64,000 nucleotides of DNA from Clostridia bacterium (GCA_017455565.1 JAFSZV010000075.1:6096-70095); one strand, 5' to 3'. Numbered from the stretch's first letter, positions 49,023 to 58,362 are shown. Made by a program: numbers and translations. Notes: generated from the sequence alone by a model not told the origin.

Positions 49023-50741
49023 TTACGCCTGATGCGCCTCGATTTTGGCCAGCTCCTCTGCCTCCAGCTCCCGATAGGCCACCTTGCCCACCAGGGTCTT
49101 GGGCAGGCTGTCCCGGAACTCGATGTCATAGGGCAGGGCGTATTTGGCGATGTTCTTCTTGCAGTATTCCATCAGGATCTGCTTGTTTTCCTCGCTGGGC
49201 GCTTCGCCGGGCTTCAGCATGACAAAGGCCTTGACCTTCTGCATCTTATAGGGGTCGGGCACGCCGATGACGCAGCTCATCTGCACCAGCGCGTGGGCGT
49301 CGAGGATGTTTTCAAGCTGCGAAGGATAGACGTTGTAGCCAGAGGTGACGATCATCCGCTTGATGCGCTGTTTGAAATAAACGAACCCCTCGCCGTCCAT
49401 CATGCCCAGGTCGCCGGTGCGCAGCCAGGTCAGCCCGTCGGGATGCCGCTGCAGGGCCTGGGCGGTCTCCTCAGGATGGTTGATGTATTCCACCATCACG
49501 GTGGGGCCGGAGATGCAGATCTCGCCCTCTTCTCCGTAAGAGACTTCCTCCTGTGTGCCGGGGGCGACGATTTTATAATACGTGTCGGGGAAGGGCAGGC
49601 CGATGGAGCCCTCCTTATAAACGGTGGGCGGGGTCAGGCAGGAGGCGGTGACGCACTCGGTGGTGCCGTAGCCCTCCCGCACCTGAATGGTGGCATGGTG
49701 GTCGTAAAGGAACTTGTCGAACCGCTTTTTCAGCTCGACGGAGAGGCTGTCGCCCCCGGAGAACACGCCCTTGAGGAAGGACAGATCCCTGCCCTCCATG
49801 CTGGGCAGACGCAAAAGCGCCTCGTACAGCGTGGGGACGCCGGCGATAAAGTTGCAGCGGTGCTTTACAAGCAGCTTGGCATAGCTTTCGGCGGTAAAGC
49901 GGGGCACCAGAACGCAGCGGCCGCCGTTGCACAGCATCGAGTGGATGGAAACCCCCAGGCCGAAACCGTGGAACACGGGCATGACTGCCAGCATCCGGTC
50001 GCCGGTGCGGAACATGGGGTTGGTGGCCACGATCTGCGCCCCCAAGGCGTTGAAATTGAGGTTGGTGAGCAAAATGCCCTTGGTGGTGCCGGTGGTGCCG
50101 CCGGAATAGAGGATGACGGCGGGGTCGGGTCCCGCTTTTTCGGCCTTGTATTTCCAGTGGTACTTTTTGCCCATCTTCAGAAAATCCTTCCACCGGAGCA
50201 CGGGGGCGTCGGCGGGAATCTTTTTGATCTTGCGGCCCTCGGTGAGCATATAGCCCGCGCGGATGGGGGCGGAAAGGGCGTCTTTGATGGAGGCGATGAT
50301 GATGTTGCTCACGTCTACGTTGTGGCGGACGGCCTCGAACTTGTGATAGAACTGGTCCAGCGTGATGGCGGCCACCGACTGAGATTCCTTCAAGAAAAAT
50401 TCGATTTCCCGCTCGGAGGACAGGGGATGCACCATGTTGCAGACGGCGCCCACCAGATTGACGGCGTAAAACATGATGACGGCCTGGGGGCAGTTGGGCA
50501 GGCAGATGGTGATCTTGTCGCCGGCGCGGACGCCGATGGACTTCAGCGAGCGGGCGCACAGCTCGATCTGATCCACAAATTCCCGGTAGCTGGTGCTTTT
50601 GCCCATGAAATCATAAGCCACGTAATCGGGATATTGCTGCGCGACGCGCTCGACGGCCTCGAACATGGTGCCCTGAAAATACTCCAGATGGGCTGGGATA
50701 TCGCCCAGATGGGCGAGCCACGGGGCTTTTACTTCACTCAT
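49023..50741 (-). CDS. AMP-dependent acyl-CoA ligase (long-chain-fatty-acid--CoA ligase-like)
   Basis: AMP-binding motif YSGGTTGTTKG, GYGTTE, TGDLG...; 572 aa. Confidence 0.9.
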   Translation of the reverse strand: MSEVKAPWLAHLGDIPAHLEYFQGTMFEAVERVAQQYPDYVAYDFMGKSTSYREFVDQIELCARSLKSIGVRAGDKITICLPNCPQAVIMFYAVNLVGAVCNMVHPLSSEREIEFFLKESQSVAAITLDQFYHKFEAVRHNVDVSNIIIASIKDALSAPIRAGYMLTEGRKIKKIPADAPVLRWKDFLKMGKKYHWKYKAEKAGPDPAVILYSGGTTGTTKGILLTNLNFNALGAQIVATNPMFRTGDRMLAVMPVFHGFGLGVSIHSMLCNGGRCVLVPRFTAESYAKLLVKHRCNFIAGVPTLYEALLRLPSMEGRDLSFLKGVFSGGDSLSVELKKRFDKFLYDHHATIQVREGYGTTECVTASCLTPPTVYKEGSIGLPFPDTYYKIVAPGTQEEVSYGEEGEICISGPTVMVEYINHPEETAQALQRHPDGLTWLRTGDLGMMDGEGFVYFKQRIKRMIVTSGYNVYPSQLENILDAHALVQMSCVIGVPDPYKMQKVKAFVMLKPGEAPSEENKQILMEYCKKNIAKYALPYDIEFRDSLPKTLVGKVAYRELEAEELAKIEAHQA

Positions 50742-51610
50742 AATTCAATTTTCTCCTTTGCTGGCAGCTCCAGCAGCTCGGGATGTTCCAGAAGATGCTT
50801 TAAGAGCTTGATGGATTTGGAATAATAATAGCCGTCGGCCAGGCGCTCGTCGATGGTCAGACCAAGGTCCAGCGTCTCGCGCATGACGTAAGTGCCATCG
50901 GGCTGAAAGACCGGGGTCAGCTTTTTTTCACCCAGAATGCAGAACATGGAGCATGTGCCCCAGTTGGTGAGATGGTGATAGCCCGAGCGCAACTTGATGG
51001 AGCCCAGGTTGGACAGCACCACCGAGCAGTAATAGGGGTCGCTCTCGATGAGGAACCGGGGCACCCATCCGTGCACGTCCAGCCGGGTGATGATCCACAC
51101 CAGAAATTTGCTCAAAAACCGGGGCATCCGGTTGAGAACGTCCATGCTGTCGGTAGAGCCGTCCACCTTGCCTCCCCGCAGGGATTTGATCTGGTCATAG
51201 AGATCCTGATGAATGGTGTCGAGGGTGCTGTCGTCGGTGGCCTTGACCACGGCCAGCGCCTCGCCGCCCTCGTCGGAAAAGATTTTTTTCACCACGAAAG
51301 CCGCCGAAACGTCGTTACGCTGATAAAAGTTTTTATTGGCGATAAAGCGGTTGAGCTTGGGGCGCAGGGTGATGGTCTTCAGGACGGCCGCCACCACCAC
51401 GTGAAACATGGTGGTGGGGAAATCCGACGGCTCGGCGTTCTTTTTTGCCAGATAGTCGTTGATGGCCGTCAGATCCACCCGCTCGGCCACATAGGCCTCG
51501 TTGTCGCAGCGGTTGGGATAGATCAGCGGGGTGATAAAGTGCATCCCGTCCAGATCGCGGATCAGCTTGCCGTCCTTGCGGTCGCCAAGACGGCGTTTTT
51601 CTTTTTTCAT
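50738..51610 (-). CDS. Stand-alone 2-oxoacid dehydrogenase E2 catalytic-domain-like (CAT-fold) acyltransferase
   Basis: About 290 aa with no lipoyl or E3-binding domains; C-terminal motif DERLADG (50831-50851) where E2/CAT enzymes have DHRxxDG; ATGA overlap with the ligase gene. Confidence 0.75.
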   Translation of the reverse strand: MKKEKRRLGDRKDGKLIRDLDGMHFITPLIYPNRCDNEAYVAERVDLTAINDYLAKKNAEPSDFPTTMFHVVVAAVLKTITLRPKLNRFIANKNFYQRNDVSAAFVVKKIFSDEGGEALAVVKATDDSTLDTIHQDLYDQIKSLRGGKVDGSTDSMDVLNRMPRFLSKFLVWIITRLDVHGWVPRFLIESDPYYCSVVLSNLGSIKLRSGYHHLTNWGTCSMFCILGEKKLTPVFQPDGTYVMRETLDLGLTIDERLADGYYYSKSIKLLKHLLEHPELLELPAKEKIEL

Positions 51611-51640
51611 AAGCGGTTCCTCGTTTCTTCTGTGGTGCGC

Positions 51641-52060
51641 TCAACGCAGCGATTCCACCAAAGCGCCCAGCACGCGGGCAAAGGTGTTGACCTCGTCGGG
51701 GCTGAATTGCTCCTTCAGCAGGCGGGCCTTTTCGGCCAGCGCGCCCTGTCCTTCTTCGCAATAGCGCATGAACTTTTCGGTCACGTGGAGGTGGGCCTCC
51801 CGCCGGTCTTCCTGCGACGGGATCTTTTCCACATAGCCCTTTTGGATCAGGTTGTTCACCTTATAGGTGGCGTTGGGCTGCGAAATGCCGATGCAGTCGG
51901 CAAATTCCCGCACCGTAGGGCCCCGCAACAGATAGATTACGTCCACCGCAAAGGCCTCTGTGGCGCTCAGGCTGCCGTCCCGCTCCCGCAACAGCCGGAA
52001 CAGGCCGCGGTAGCTCATCAGCCGAAACCGCTCGTAGCAGCGGGTGATGCAGGAAAACAT
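51641..52060 (-). CDS. MarR family transcriptional regulator
   Basis: Winged-helix core (TVREFADCIGISQPNATYKVNNLIQKGYVEK..SQEDRRE); ATG 52060 with GGGGAGG RBS. Confidence 0.88.
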   Translation of the reverse strand: MFSCITRCYERFRLMSYRGLFRLLRERDGSLSATEAFAVDVIYLLRGPTVREFADCIGISQPNATYKVNNLIQKGYVEKIPSQEDRREAHLHVTEKFMRYCEEGQGALAEKARLLKEQFSPDEVNTFARVLGALVESLR

Positions 52061-52107
52061 GCTCTGACCTCCCCACAAGCAAAAGTTCCAATTTTTGAAT
52101 TATCTCC

Positions 52108-52136
52108 AGTGTACTATTTTTACGGGGAAAAGTCAA
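52108..52136 (-). promoter_or_regulatory. Sigma-A-type promoter of the marR operon
   Basis: Minus strand TTGACT (52131-52136), 17 nt spacer, TACACT (52108-52113). Confidence 0.5.
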
Positions 52137-52721
52137 TACAGCCAAAGGAACGCCGCCGGAGGACGGTTGTCGGTCGTTTGCCGCATTGTAATATATTAAC
52201 AAAAGAAGGTGCAGATGTTATGCGAAGAGGCTCGCCCATCGGGCTGCGAAGGTGAAAAGCATGCGGAATCGCGTTGTTTTTGGCTGACGCGGCGATGTTG
52301 CTTTTAAAAATTCTTTCCCCGGAAGAAAGCGACGTGTAAAAAGTGATTCCCTGTGTGGAACAAACCACACAAGCGCCGGTGGAGGTAAGAATAACCGGAA
52401 AATATGACCGGTACTGGTGGCGGGACGACCGGTTCTCCGGAACCATAACGGTGCCGAGGCTGAGAGAACACACCCGGGAATATGTTTTCAAACGGGATAT
52501 GGAGTCCTTTTTTGTGGACGAGTATGGTCAGCAGTCGAATTCATCCAGCAGAAGAACACTTTTGAGCAGATCTCAATCATAGAAGAGACGTATCATGTCG
52601 TATCGCAAAAAAGCCGGGATCGCCGTGAGGGATTCCAAGGTGATTCAATGGTTGCTATTACATATTATCAGACAGAGCAGTATCCAATCCGTATGAGGAG
52701 CGGTTGTTCTGTTTTTTATAC

Positions 52722-52755
52722 CGGCGGCGCGCAGCCGCCTTTCTTCTTTTTTGGT
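52722..52755 (+). terminator. Terminator-like hairpin
   Basis: GGCGGC-GCGCA-GCCGCC followed by TTTCTTCTTTTTT. Confidence 0.55.
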
Positions 52756-52807
52756 GTTTTTTGCGCTTGCCGTTTGCCCGGCGCGGGAAAAGCCCGCCTG
52801 AAGCGGA

Positions 52808-52836
52808 TTGACAAAAACAACGAAAAATGGTAAAAA
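52808..52836 (+). promoter_or_regulatory. Possible sigma-A promoter of trkAH
   Basis: TTGACA (52808-52813), 17 nt spacer, TAAAAA (52831-52836) preceded by TGG. Confidence 0.4.
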
Positions 52837-52912
52837 GAAAAGAGAAATCATAAGACTTATTTCCGGCGGCGGGGCGGCCTTTTCTGCTCCGGCATCGAAA
52901 GAAGGAGAGCAT

Positions 52913-54307
52913 ATGTTTGAGCGGAATAAGATAGAAGCCCCCCGCGGGCTGCGGATCATCATCGTGGGCTGCGGCAAGGTGGGCGCCACACTGGTGGAGC
53001 AGCTTGTGAAAGAGGGGCACAGCGTGACCGTGATCGACCAGAGCGCCAAGCGGCTTCAGGCGCTGACGGCGCAATACGACATCATGGGGCTGGAGGGCAA
53101 CGGCGCCAGCTACAGCATTTTGCAGGAGGCCGGCATCGAGAGCGCCGACCTGTTCATCGCTGTCACGGGCTCCGACGAGCTCAACCTTCTGTGCTGCACC
53201 GTGGCCAAGCGGACGGGCAACTGCGCCGCCATCGCCCGGGTCCGCACGCCGGATTACAGCCGCGAGGTGAGCTATCTGCGGGAGAAGCTGGGGCTGGCCA
53301 TGATTATCAACCCCGAACTGGAGGCAGCCTCAGAGGCGGCCCGCATCCTGCTGGTGCCCACGGCGCTGGAGGTGGACTCCTTTGCCCACGGACAGGCTGA
53401 GATGATCAAGATCAAGGTCCCCGAGGGCAACGTGCTGGACGGCATGACGCTGGCCGACCTGGGCAAGACCATTTCCCAGGATATTCTGGTCTGCGGCGCC
53501 GAGCGCGAGGGTAAGGTCACCATCCCCGGCGGCTCGTTCCGCGTCAAGGGCGGCGACATTCTTTCGGTGGCGGGATCCCGACCCGTTATCAAGCGGTTTT
53601 TGGCCGGGATCGGCTTCAAAAACAACCAGATCCGCAGCACCATGATCATCGGCGGCGGGAAATCGGCCTATTATCTGGCCACCCAGCTTTTGAGCATGGG
53701 CATTGAGGTGAAGATCATCGAGATCAAAAAGGAGCGCTGCGAGGAACTTTCCGTCCTGCTGCCCCAGGCCGTTATCATCAACGGCGACGGCACCGACGAG
53801 AGCCTTTTGCAGGAAGAGGGCATTGAGACGGTGGACTCCGTGGTGGCGATGACGGGCATCGACGAGGAAAACATCCTCCTGACCCTTTACGCCAAGCGGG
53901 TCTCCAATGCCAAGATCATTACCAAGATCAACCGCATCACCTTCAAGGACGTGATCAACAGTCTGGATCTGGGCAGCGTGATCTATCCCAAATATATCAC
54001 CGCCGAGGCCATCATCCGCTTTGTCCGGGCAAAAAAGGACTCCATGGACAACAACAACATCGAGAGCCTGTATCATATGTTTGACCGGCGGGCCGAGGCC
54101 ATCGAGTTCCATCTGGACGGGCCCTCTGAAGTGACAGGGATCCCCCTGCGGGATCTTCGCAAGAAAGACGGCCTGCTGGTGACCTCGATCTACCGCAACG
54201 GCAAGGTGCGGATCCCCAGCGGCCAGGACAGCCTGCTTCCCGGCGACACGGTGATGATCGTCACCACCCACACCGGCTTCAACGACATCCGGGACATCCT
54301 GGCGTAA
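52913..54307 (+). CDS. trkA: Trk potassium uptake system, NAD-binding subunit TrkA
   Basis: Two tandem RCK N/C units (IIIVGCGKVGATL and MIIGGGKSAYYLA); ATG 52913 after AAGGAG. Confidence 0.93.
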   Translation: MFERNKIEAPRGLRIIIVGCGKVGATLVEQLVKEGHSVTVIDQSAKRLQALTAQYDIMGLEGNGASYSILQEAGIESADLFIAVTGSDELNLLCCTVAKRTGNCAAIARVRTPDYSREVSYLREKLGLAMIINPELEAASEAARILLVPTALEVDSFAHGQAEMIKIKVPEGNVLDGMTLADLGKTISQDILVCGAEREGKVTIPGGSFRVKGGDILSVAGSRPVIKRFLAGIGFKNNQIRSTMIIGGGKSAYYLATQLLSMGIEVKIIEIKKERCEELSVLLPQAVIINGDGTDESLLQEEGIETVDSVVAMTGIDEENILLTLYAKRVSNAKIITKINRITFKDVINSLDLGSVIYPKYITAEAIIRFVRAKKDSMDNNNIESLYHMFDRRAEAIEFHLDGPSEVTGIPLRDLRKKDGLLVTSIYRNGKVRIPSGQDSLLPGDTVMIVTTHTGFNDIRDILA

Positions 54308-54321
54308 AGCGGAGGCGGGAT

Positions 54322-55791
54322 ATGAATCGTTCGATCATCCGTTATATTCTCGGCTATGTGCTGACGGTAGAGGGAATTTTGCTGCTGCCCATCTGTCTGG
54401 CGGCGCTGTATTTTCACGAGTCTGTGGGAATCTATTATTTCTGCGTGGCCTTGCCCACGATGGCGTCAGGGCTGCTGATCATCCGGAAAAAGCCCGAAAG
54501 TACGGTGTTTTATCTGAAAGAGGGCTGCGTTTCCACGGCGCTGAGCTGGATCGTCCTGAGCTTTGTGGGCTGTCTGCCCCTGTGGCTCAGCGGCGAGATC
54601 CCCTCCTTTACCAACGCCCTGTTCGAGACCATCTCGGGCTTTACCACCACCGGCGCCAGCATCGTTTCCAATGTTGAGGGACTGAGCCATTGCGCCCTGT
54701 TGTGGCGCAGCCTGACCCACTGGATCGGCGGTATGGGCGTGCTGGTGTTTTTGCTGGCGGTAGTGCCCATGAGCGGCGGCTCGCACATGAACCTGATGCG
54801 GGCCGAATCCCCCGGCCCCTCGGTGGGCAAGCTTGTGCCCCGGGTTCGCACCACGGCCCGCATTCTTTATCTGATCTATATGAGCCTGACGGCGTTGGAG
54901 CTTCTTTTCCTGCTGGCGGGACGGATGCCCACCTTCGACGCGGTGTGCACCAGCCTTGCCACTGCCGGTACAGGCGGCTTCGGCGTCAGAAACGACAGTC
55001 TGGCGAGCTACTCGCCCTATCTCCAATGGGTGGTATCGGTCTTCATGCTGCTGTTTGCCGTCAACTTTAATATGTATTACCTGCTGCTTTTGCGGCATTA
55101 CCGGGACGCTTTTTCCATGGAAGAGGTGCGGTGCTTTTTCGGTATGGTGGGCGTGGCGGTGGTGCTGGTGTTTGCCAGCATCGTCCGGCAGTGCGCCGGT
55201 GTGTTCGACGCGTTGACCCAAACGGTCTTTCAGGTGGCGTCGGTGGTATCCAGCACGGGCTTTGCCACGGCGGATTTTAACCTCTGGCCCGATCTGGCTC
55301 GCTCGGTGCTGGTGCTGTTGATGTTCGTAGGCGCCTGCGCGGGCAGCACCGGCGGCGGGCTCAAGGTCTCCCGCCTGGTGATCCTGCTCAAGTCCATCCG
55401 CAAGGAGTTCGGGATGTATATCCACCCCCGCAGCGTCAAAAAGATCAAGATGGACGGCAAGCCCATTGAGCACGAGGTGGTGCGCGCCACCAACGTGTAT
55501 TTCATCACCTTTATGCTGGTGTTTGCCGGGTCGTTTCTGGTGGTCACCAGCGAGGGCGGCGATCTGATTACCGACTTTACCGCCGTCATCGCCACGCTGA
55601 ACAACATCGGCCCCGGCCTGGGGCTGGTGAGCCCCGCGGGGAATTACGGCATGTTCACCCCGCTGAGCAAGTGGGTGCTCATGTTCGATATGCTGGCGGG
55701 CCGGCTGGAGCTGTTCCCCATGCTCATCCTCTTCCATCCCGCTATCTGGAAGGATATGGCCGCAGACAGAAAAAAGAAATTGAGGCAGTAA
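54322..55791 (+). CDS. trkH: TrkH-family potassium transporter
   Basis: 489 aa polytopic protein with TrkH pattern (SGFTTTGAS, ATAGTGGFG, ACAGSTGGGLK). Confidence 0.93.
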   Translation: MNRSIIRYILGYVLTVEGILLLPICLAALYFHESVGIYYFCVALPTMASGLLIIRKKPESTVFYLKEGCVSTALSWIVLSFVGCLPLWLSGEIPSFTNALFETISGFTTTGASIVSNVEGLSHCALLWRSLTHWIGGMGVLVFLLAVVPMSGGSHMNLMRAESPGPSVGKLVPRVRTTARILYLIYMSLTALELLFLLAGRMPTFDAVCTSLATAGTGGFGVRNDSLASYSPYLQWVVSVFMLLFAVNFNMYYLLLLRHYRDAFSMEEVRCFFGMVGVAVVLVFASIVRQCAGVFDALTQTVFQVASVVSSTGFATADFNLWPDLARSVLVLLMFVGACAGSTGGGLKVSRLVILLKSIRKEFGMYIHPRSVKKIKMDGKPIEHEVVRATNVYFITFMLVFAGSFLVVTSEGGDLITDFTAVIATLNNIGPGLGLVSPAGNYGMFTPLSKWVLMFDMLAGRLELFPMLILFHPAIWKDMAADRKKKLRQ

Positions 55792-56015
55792 CAGACGGGG
55801 TGCATAGCCCGTGCGGGCGACGCACCCCGATCATTTGGCCAGAACGCTCTAAAATCTGACAGATTGCACAAAAAATGGAAAGCAGTTTTTGGCTGTTCCA
55901 ATAAAAACCCCATTTTCTTCCAGAAATTCAGGAACAAACGCATATTTCGGAAGTCTTAAACAACAAGAGTGCAAAAAAGGAGGTGCTTGTATAAAAATGC
56001 CTCTATCCATCTCTT

Positions 56016-56996
56016 TTGGCGTTGATTTCGCTGCTCTGTGTCATGACCAATATACAGACGCAGTCATTAACAGATGGTCTTAGTGAAACCGCAGCTAGTT
56101 TTTTGGAAAAACACAATATCGTGATAGATGTGAAAGATGCGATGAAAAATGCTTTCGCAGCGGGAAATCCGCAACAACGGGGCGTTCTGATTGCTTCTTT
56201 TGATGAAGCAATTCTCGGGCTCATCGACGAAACAGATGTATACGGCTTTACAGACGGCCAAATCCAAGCGTATGTTGACGGTATCCTTAACAGTAAGCCA
56301 ATCATAGTGGAATATGAGGATAATATGGTTTTGTCGATGCCTACGAGTTCGCGTATCGGTAACGGGCCGGGTTATGAGGTAAAATCCAACTCTGGTTTTT
56401 GTCAATCGACTGCGTATGTAACGATTCCTACTGCGTATAATGCCGGAAGCACAAACGCATGGATGTTTTATACCGTATCAAGTCCATTGAGCTCATGGTG
56501 TATAGATGTCGGCCTTTTTTACGCATATGGGACCGGGGGGAATGCATGGAGAGGGTTCTATACGGTTGGCGATACTGTTTCCGGAAGTGTGATAAGCGGC
56601 TTGAGCGCGGGCTCCTCTGTGTATTTCAATGCCAAAATACAGAGCGACGGCTACTTAAGATTCCGGGTTTTGGATGGAACGGATTTTTCTATCACATATT
56701 ACGATCTGCTTTATTATGTTGGCTCCAACAAAATCTATCAGTCCAATGGAGTTTTTAATCGTCAGATCACCATGACGAGCAATAACGGCAATTTTACGAA
56801 CGGTTCGTACATCAGTAATGCGGCTTTTTCAAATGCTTATCTTTATACGACAAACGGGTATAGCCTAGTAGGAACATCAAATACGGATTCGACAAGATGC
56901 GGAGCATTTGGAACTACTGCAAATAATGCTGCAACCTTTGTAACCGTCAACAGTTATTCGACTTGGTATGCCGAAGATGTAAGCATATCTTTTTAA
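56016..56996 (+). CDS. Hypothetical (probably secreted) protein in a low-G+C islet; N-terminus uncertain
   Basis: 326-codon ORF with protein-like composition (N/S/T/Y/G-rich C-terminal ~200 aa); starts at TTG 56016; the AAAGGAGG RBS (55976-55983) serves an ATG (55997) in another frame that stops after 28 codons. Confidence 0.55.
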   Translation: MALISLLCVMTNIQTQSLTDGLSETAASFLEKHNIVIDVKDAMKNAFAAGNPQQRGVLIASFDEAILGLIDETDVYGFTDGQIQAYVDGILNSKPIIVEYEDNMVLSMPTSSRIGNGPGYEVKSNSGFCQSTAYVTIPTAYNAGSTNAWMFYTVSSPLSSWCIDVGLFYAYGTGGNAWRGFYTVGDTVSGSVISGLSAGSSVYFNAKIQSDGYLRFRVLDGTDFSITYYDLLYYVGSNKIYQSNGVFNRQITMTSNNGNFTNGSYISNAAFSNAYLYTTNGYSLVGTSNTDSTRCGAFGTTANNAATFVTVNSYSTWYAEDVSISF

Positions 56997-57017
56997 CGCT
57001 TCAGGAGGTGTCACACA

Positions 57018-57812
57018 ATGAAAAAAGCAGCTCTCATCACAGCGCTGGCGCTGCTGCTGGCAGTCATGCCGGTCCCGGCGGCTGCGGCGCAGCCGGGCGG
57101 CCGCGTCAACGTGACGGTGGCGCCCTTTGCCGTAACCTTGAACGGGATGAAATATGACAACGCTTACAGCGAATACCCGCTTCTGGTCTACAGGGACATC
57201 ACCTATTTCCCCATGACGTATTTCGACGCCCGCTGGCTGGGGCTTTCCACCTTCTGGAGCGCGGAAACCGGTCTGGCCGTCGATATCGGAGAGGCGGAGC
57301 CCGCAAACTATCACCCCAACACCCGCGCTTCGAAAAATGCGTCGTACTGCAAAGCGACGGTGGCGGCGTCCAAAATCGCCGTCAACGGAAAGACCGTCGA
57401 CAATGCATCAGAGCCCTATCCGCTGCTGGTGTTTCGGGACGTGACATATTTTCCGCTGACCTGGCGCTTTTGCGTGGATGAATTCGGCTGGAGCTACAGC
57501 TGGAGCGCGAAAAACGGGCTGGTCATCAACGCAGCCAACGCTGTGACCTGTGCCGGTTATACGTGGTTTTTGCGGAACGATATCCTGTATCGGACCGACG
57601 CCGCAGGCAGAGAGGAAGCGGTTTACGACGCCGACGGCAGATACCGGATCCGGATCCGGTATTACGAAAACGTTCCGGACCCCCTGGTCCCTTATCTGGA
57701 GTTTGCCAATGGTGAATCTCCCACCATGGCGACCATGTATCGCTATCCTCTGACCGCCGCGGGTCTGGGCGAGCCGGAAACGCGGATCAACTGGGATCCG
57801 GTCTGGACGTAG
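57018..57812 (+). CDS. Secreted protein with two copper-amine-oxidase-N-terminal-like (stalk) repeats
   Basis: Signal peptide MKKAALITALALLLAVMPVPAAAA; internal duplication (57120-57281 and 57357-57524) sharing NG...YPLLV(Y/F)RD(I/V)TYFP(M/L)T...W(S)...GL; AGGAGG RBS. Confidence 0.75.
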   Translation: MKKAALITALALLLAVMPVPAAAAQPGGRVNVTVAPFAVTLNGMKYDNAYSEYPLLVYRDITYFPMTYFDARWLGLSTFWSAETGLAVDIGEAEPANYHPNTRASKNASYCKATVAASKIAVNGKTVDNASEPYPLLVFRDVTYFPLTWRFCVDEFGWSYSWSAKNGLVINAANAVTCAGYTWFLRNDILYRTDAAGREEAVYDADGRYRIRIRYYENVPDPLVPYLEFANGESPTMATMYRYPLTAAGLGEPETRINWDPVWT

Positions 57813-57857
57813 CGCCGCGCGTCGGGCGTTTTCGAAACCATTGAAAGCCCTTATCAC

Positions 57858-57901
57858 AAACCGCCGCCCGGCAAAAGCCGGGCGGCGGTTCTTGTTTTTT
57901 C
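57858..57901. terminator. Bidirectional terminator
   Basis: 12-bp stem CCGCCGCCCGGC / GCCGGGCGGCGG, AAAA loop, T-rich tail. Confidence 0.88.
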
Positions 57902-57906
57902 GCGCC

Positions 57907-58362
57907 TCAGTTGTACATGCCGTTTGCCGACATATAGTCGTAGATCAGCTTGCCGTGCTCCTGCTCTTCCTTCTGGATGTGGTTGAGCACATCCCGCACC
58001 CGGGTGTCCTTGAACTCGAAGACACAGGTGTCGTAGAGATGGGAGGCGTGCTTTTCTCCAGCAAGAACGTCGGTGCAGAGATACTGATCCTCCTGCCGGT
58101 CAGAGGCGTCTGTCCGGGCGTCGGAAAAGCTGGTGGGGAGCTGCGAGCCGCCGCTGCCGCCCATCTGGGGCACGGAGCCCTGCTCCAGCTCAGACAGGGT
58201 TTGCAGATGCTGCTGCTCGTTTTGGGCCAACTGGGTAAACAGGTTTTTCAGTTGGGGATCGCTGGCGCAGGAGGCGTGGCGGGTGTATTTATCCGCGCAA
58301 AGCTGCTCCTGATCCTTCAAATCCTTGATAAGCGCCGTTTCTTTTTGCGAAAGATGGATCAT
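57907..58362 (-). CDS. Spore coat protein, CotF-like (Coat_F domain)
   Basis: Two Coat_F-type helical segments (LCADKYTRHASCASDPQLKNLF...; EKHASHLYDTCVFEFKDTRVRDVLNHIQKEEQEH). Confidence 0.82.
   Translation of the reverse strand: MIHLSQKETALIKDLKDQEQLCADKYTRHASCASDPQLKNLFTQLAQNEQQHLQTLSELEQGSVPQMGGSGGSQLPTSFSDARTDASDRQEDQYLCTDVLAGEKHASHLYDTCVFEFKDTRVRDVLNHIQKEEQEHGKLIYDYMSANGMYN

Noticed and set aside
52343-52582. 79-aa ORF as an intact gene
   Set aside because: It starts with GTG, has no RBS, and its C-terminal ~20 residues are Ser/Arg-rich. A neighbouring frame continues with protein-like sequence. It is treated as part of a broken gene (see findings).
52580-52912. Possible c-di-AMP (ydaO/kimA-type) riboswitch upstream of trkA
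   Set aside because: K+ transporter genes often carry one, so I looked for it. I found only a weak AAGGUGAUUC-like word and none of the paired conserved blocks (ACGGGGA..., CCGA..CCG.CAGCUAACC). The region looks more like a degraded ORF plus a terminator.
55795-55835. Hairpin GGGGTGC...GCACCCC after trkH as a terminator
   Set aside because: The stem is only 7 bp with a 19-nt structured loop and no real T-run. It may contribute to termination but is too weak to call.
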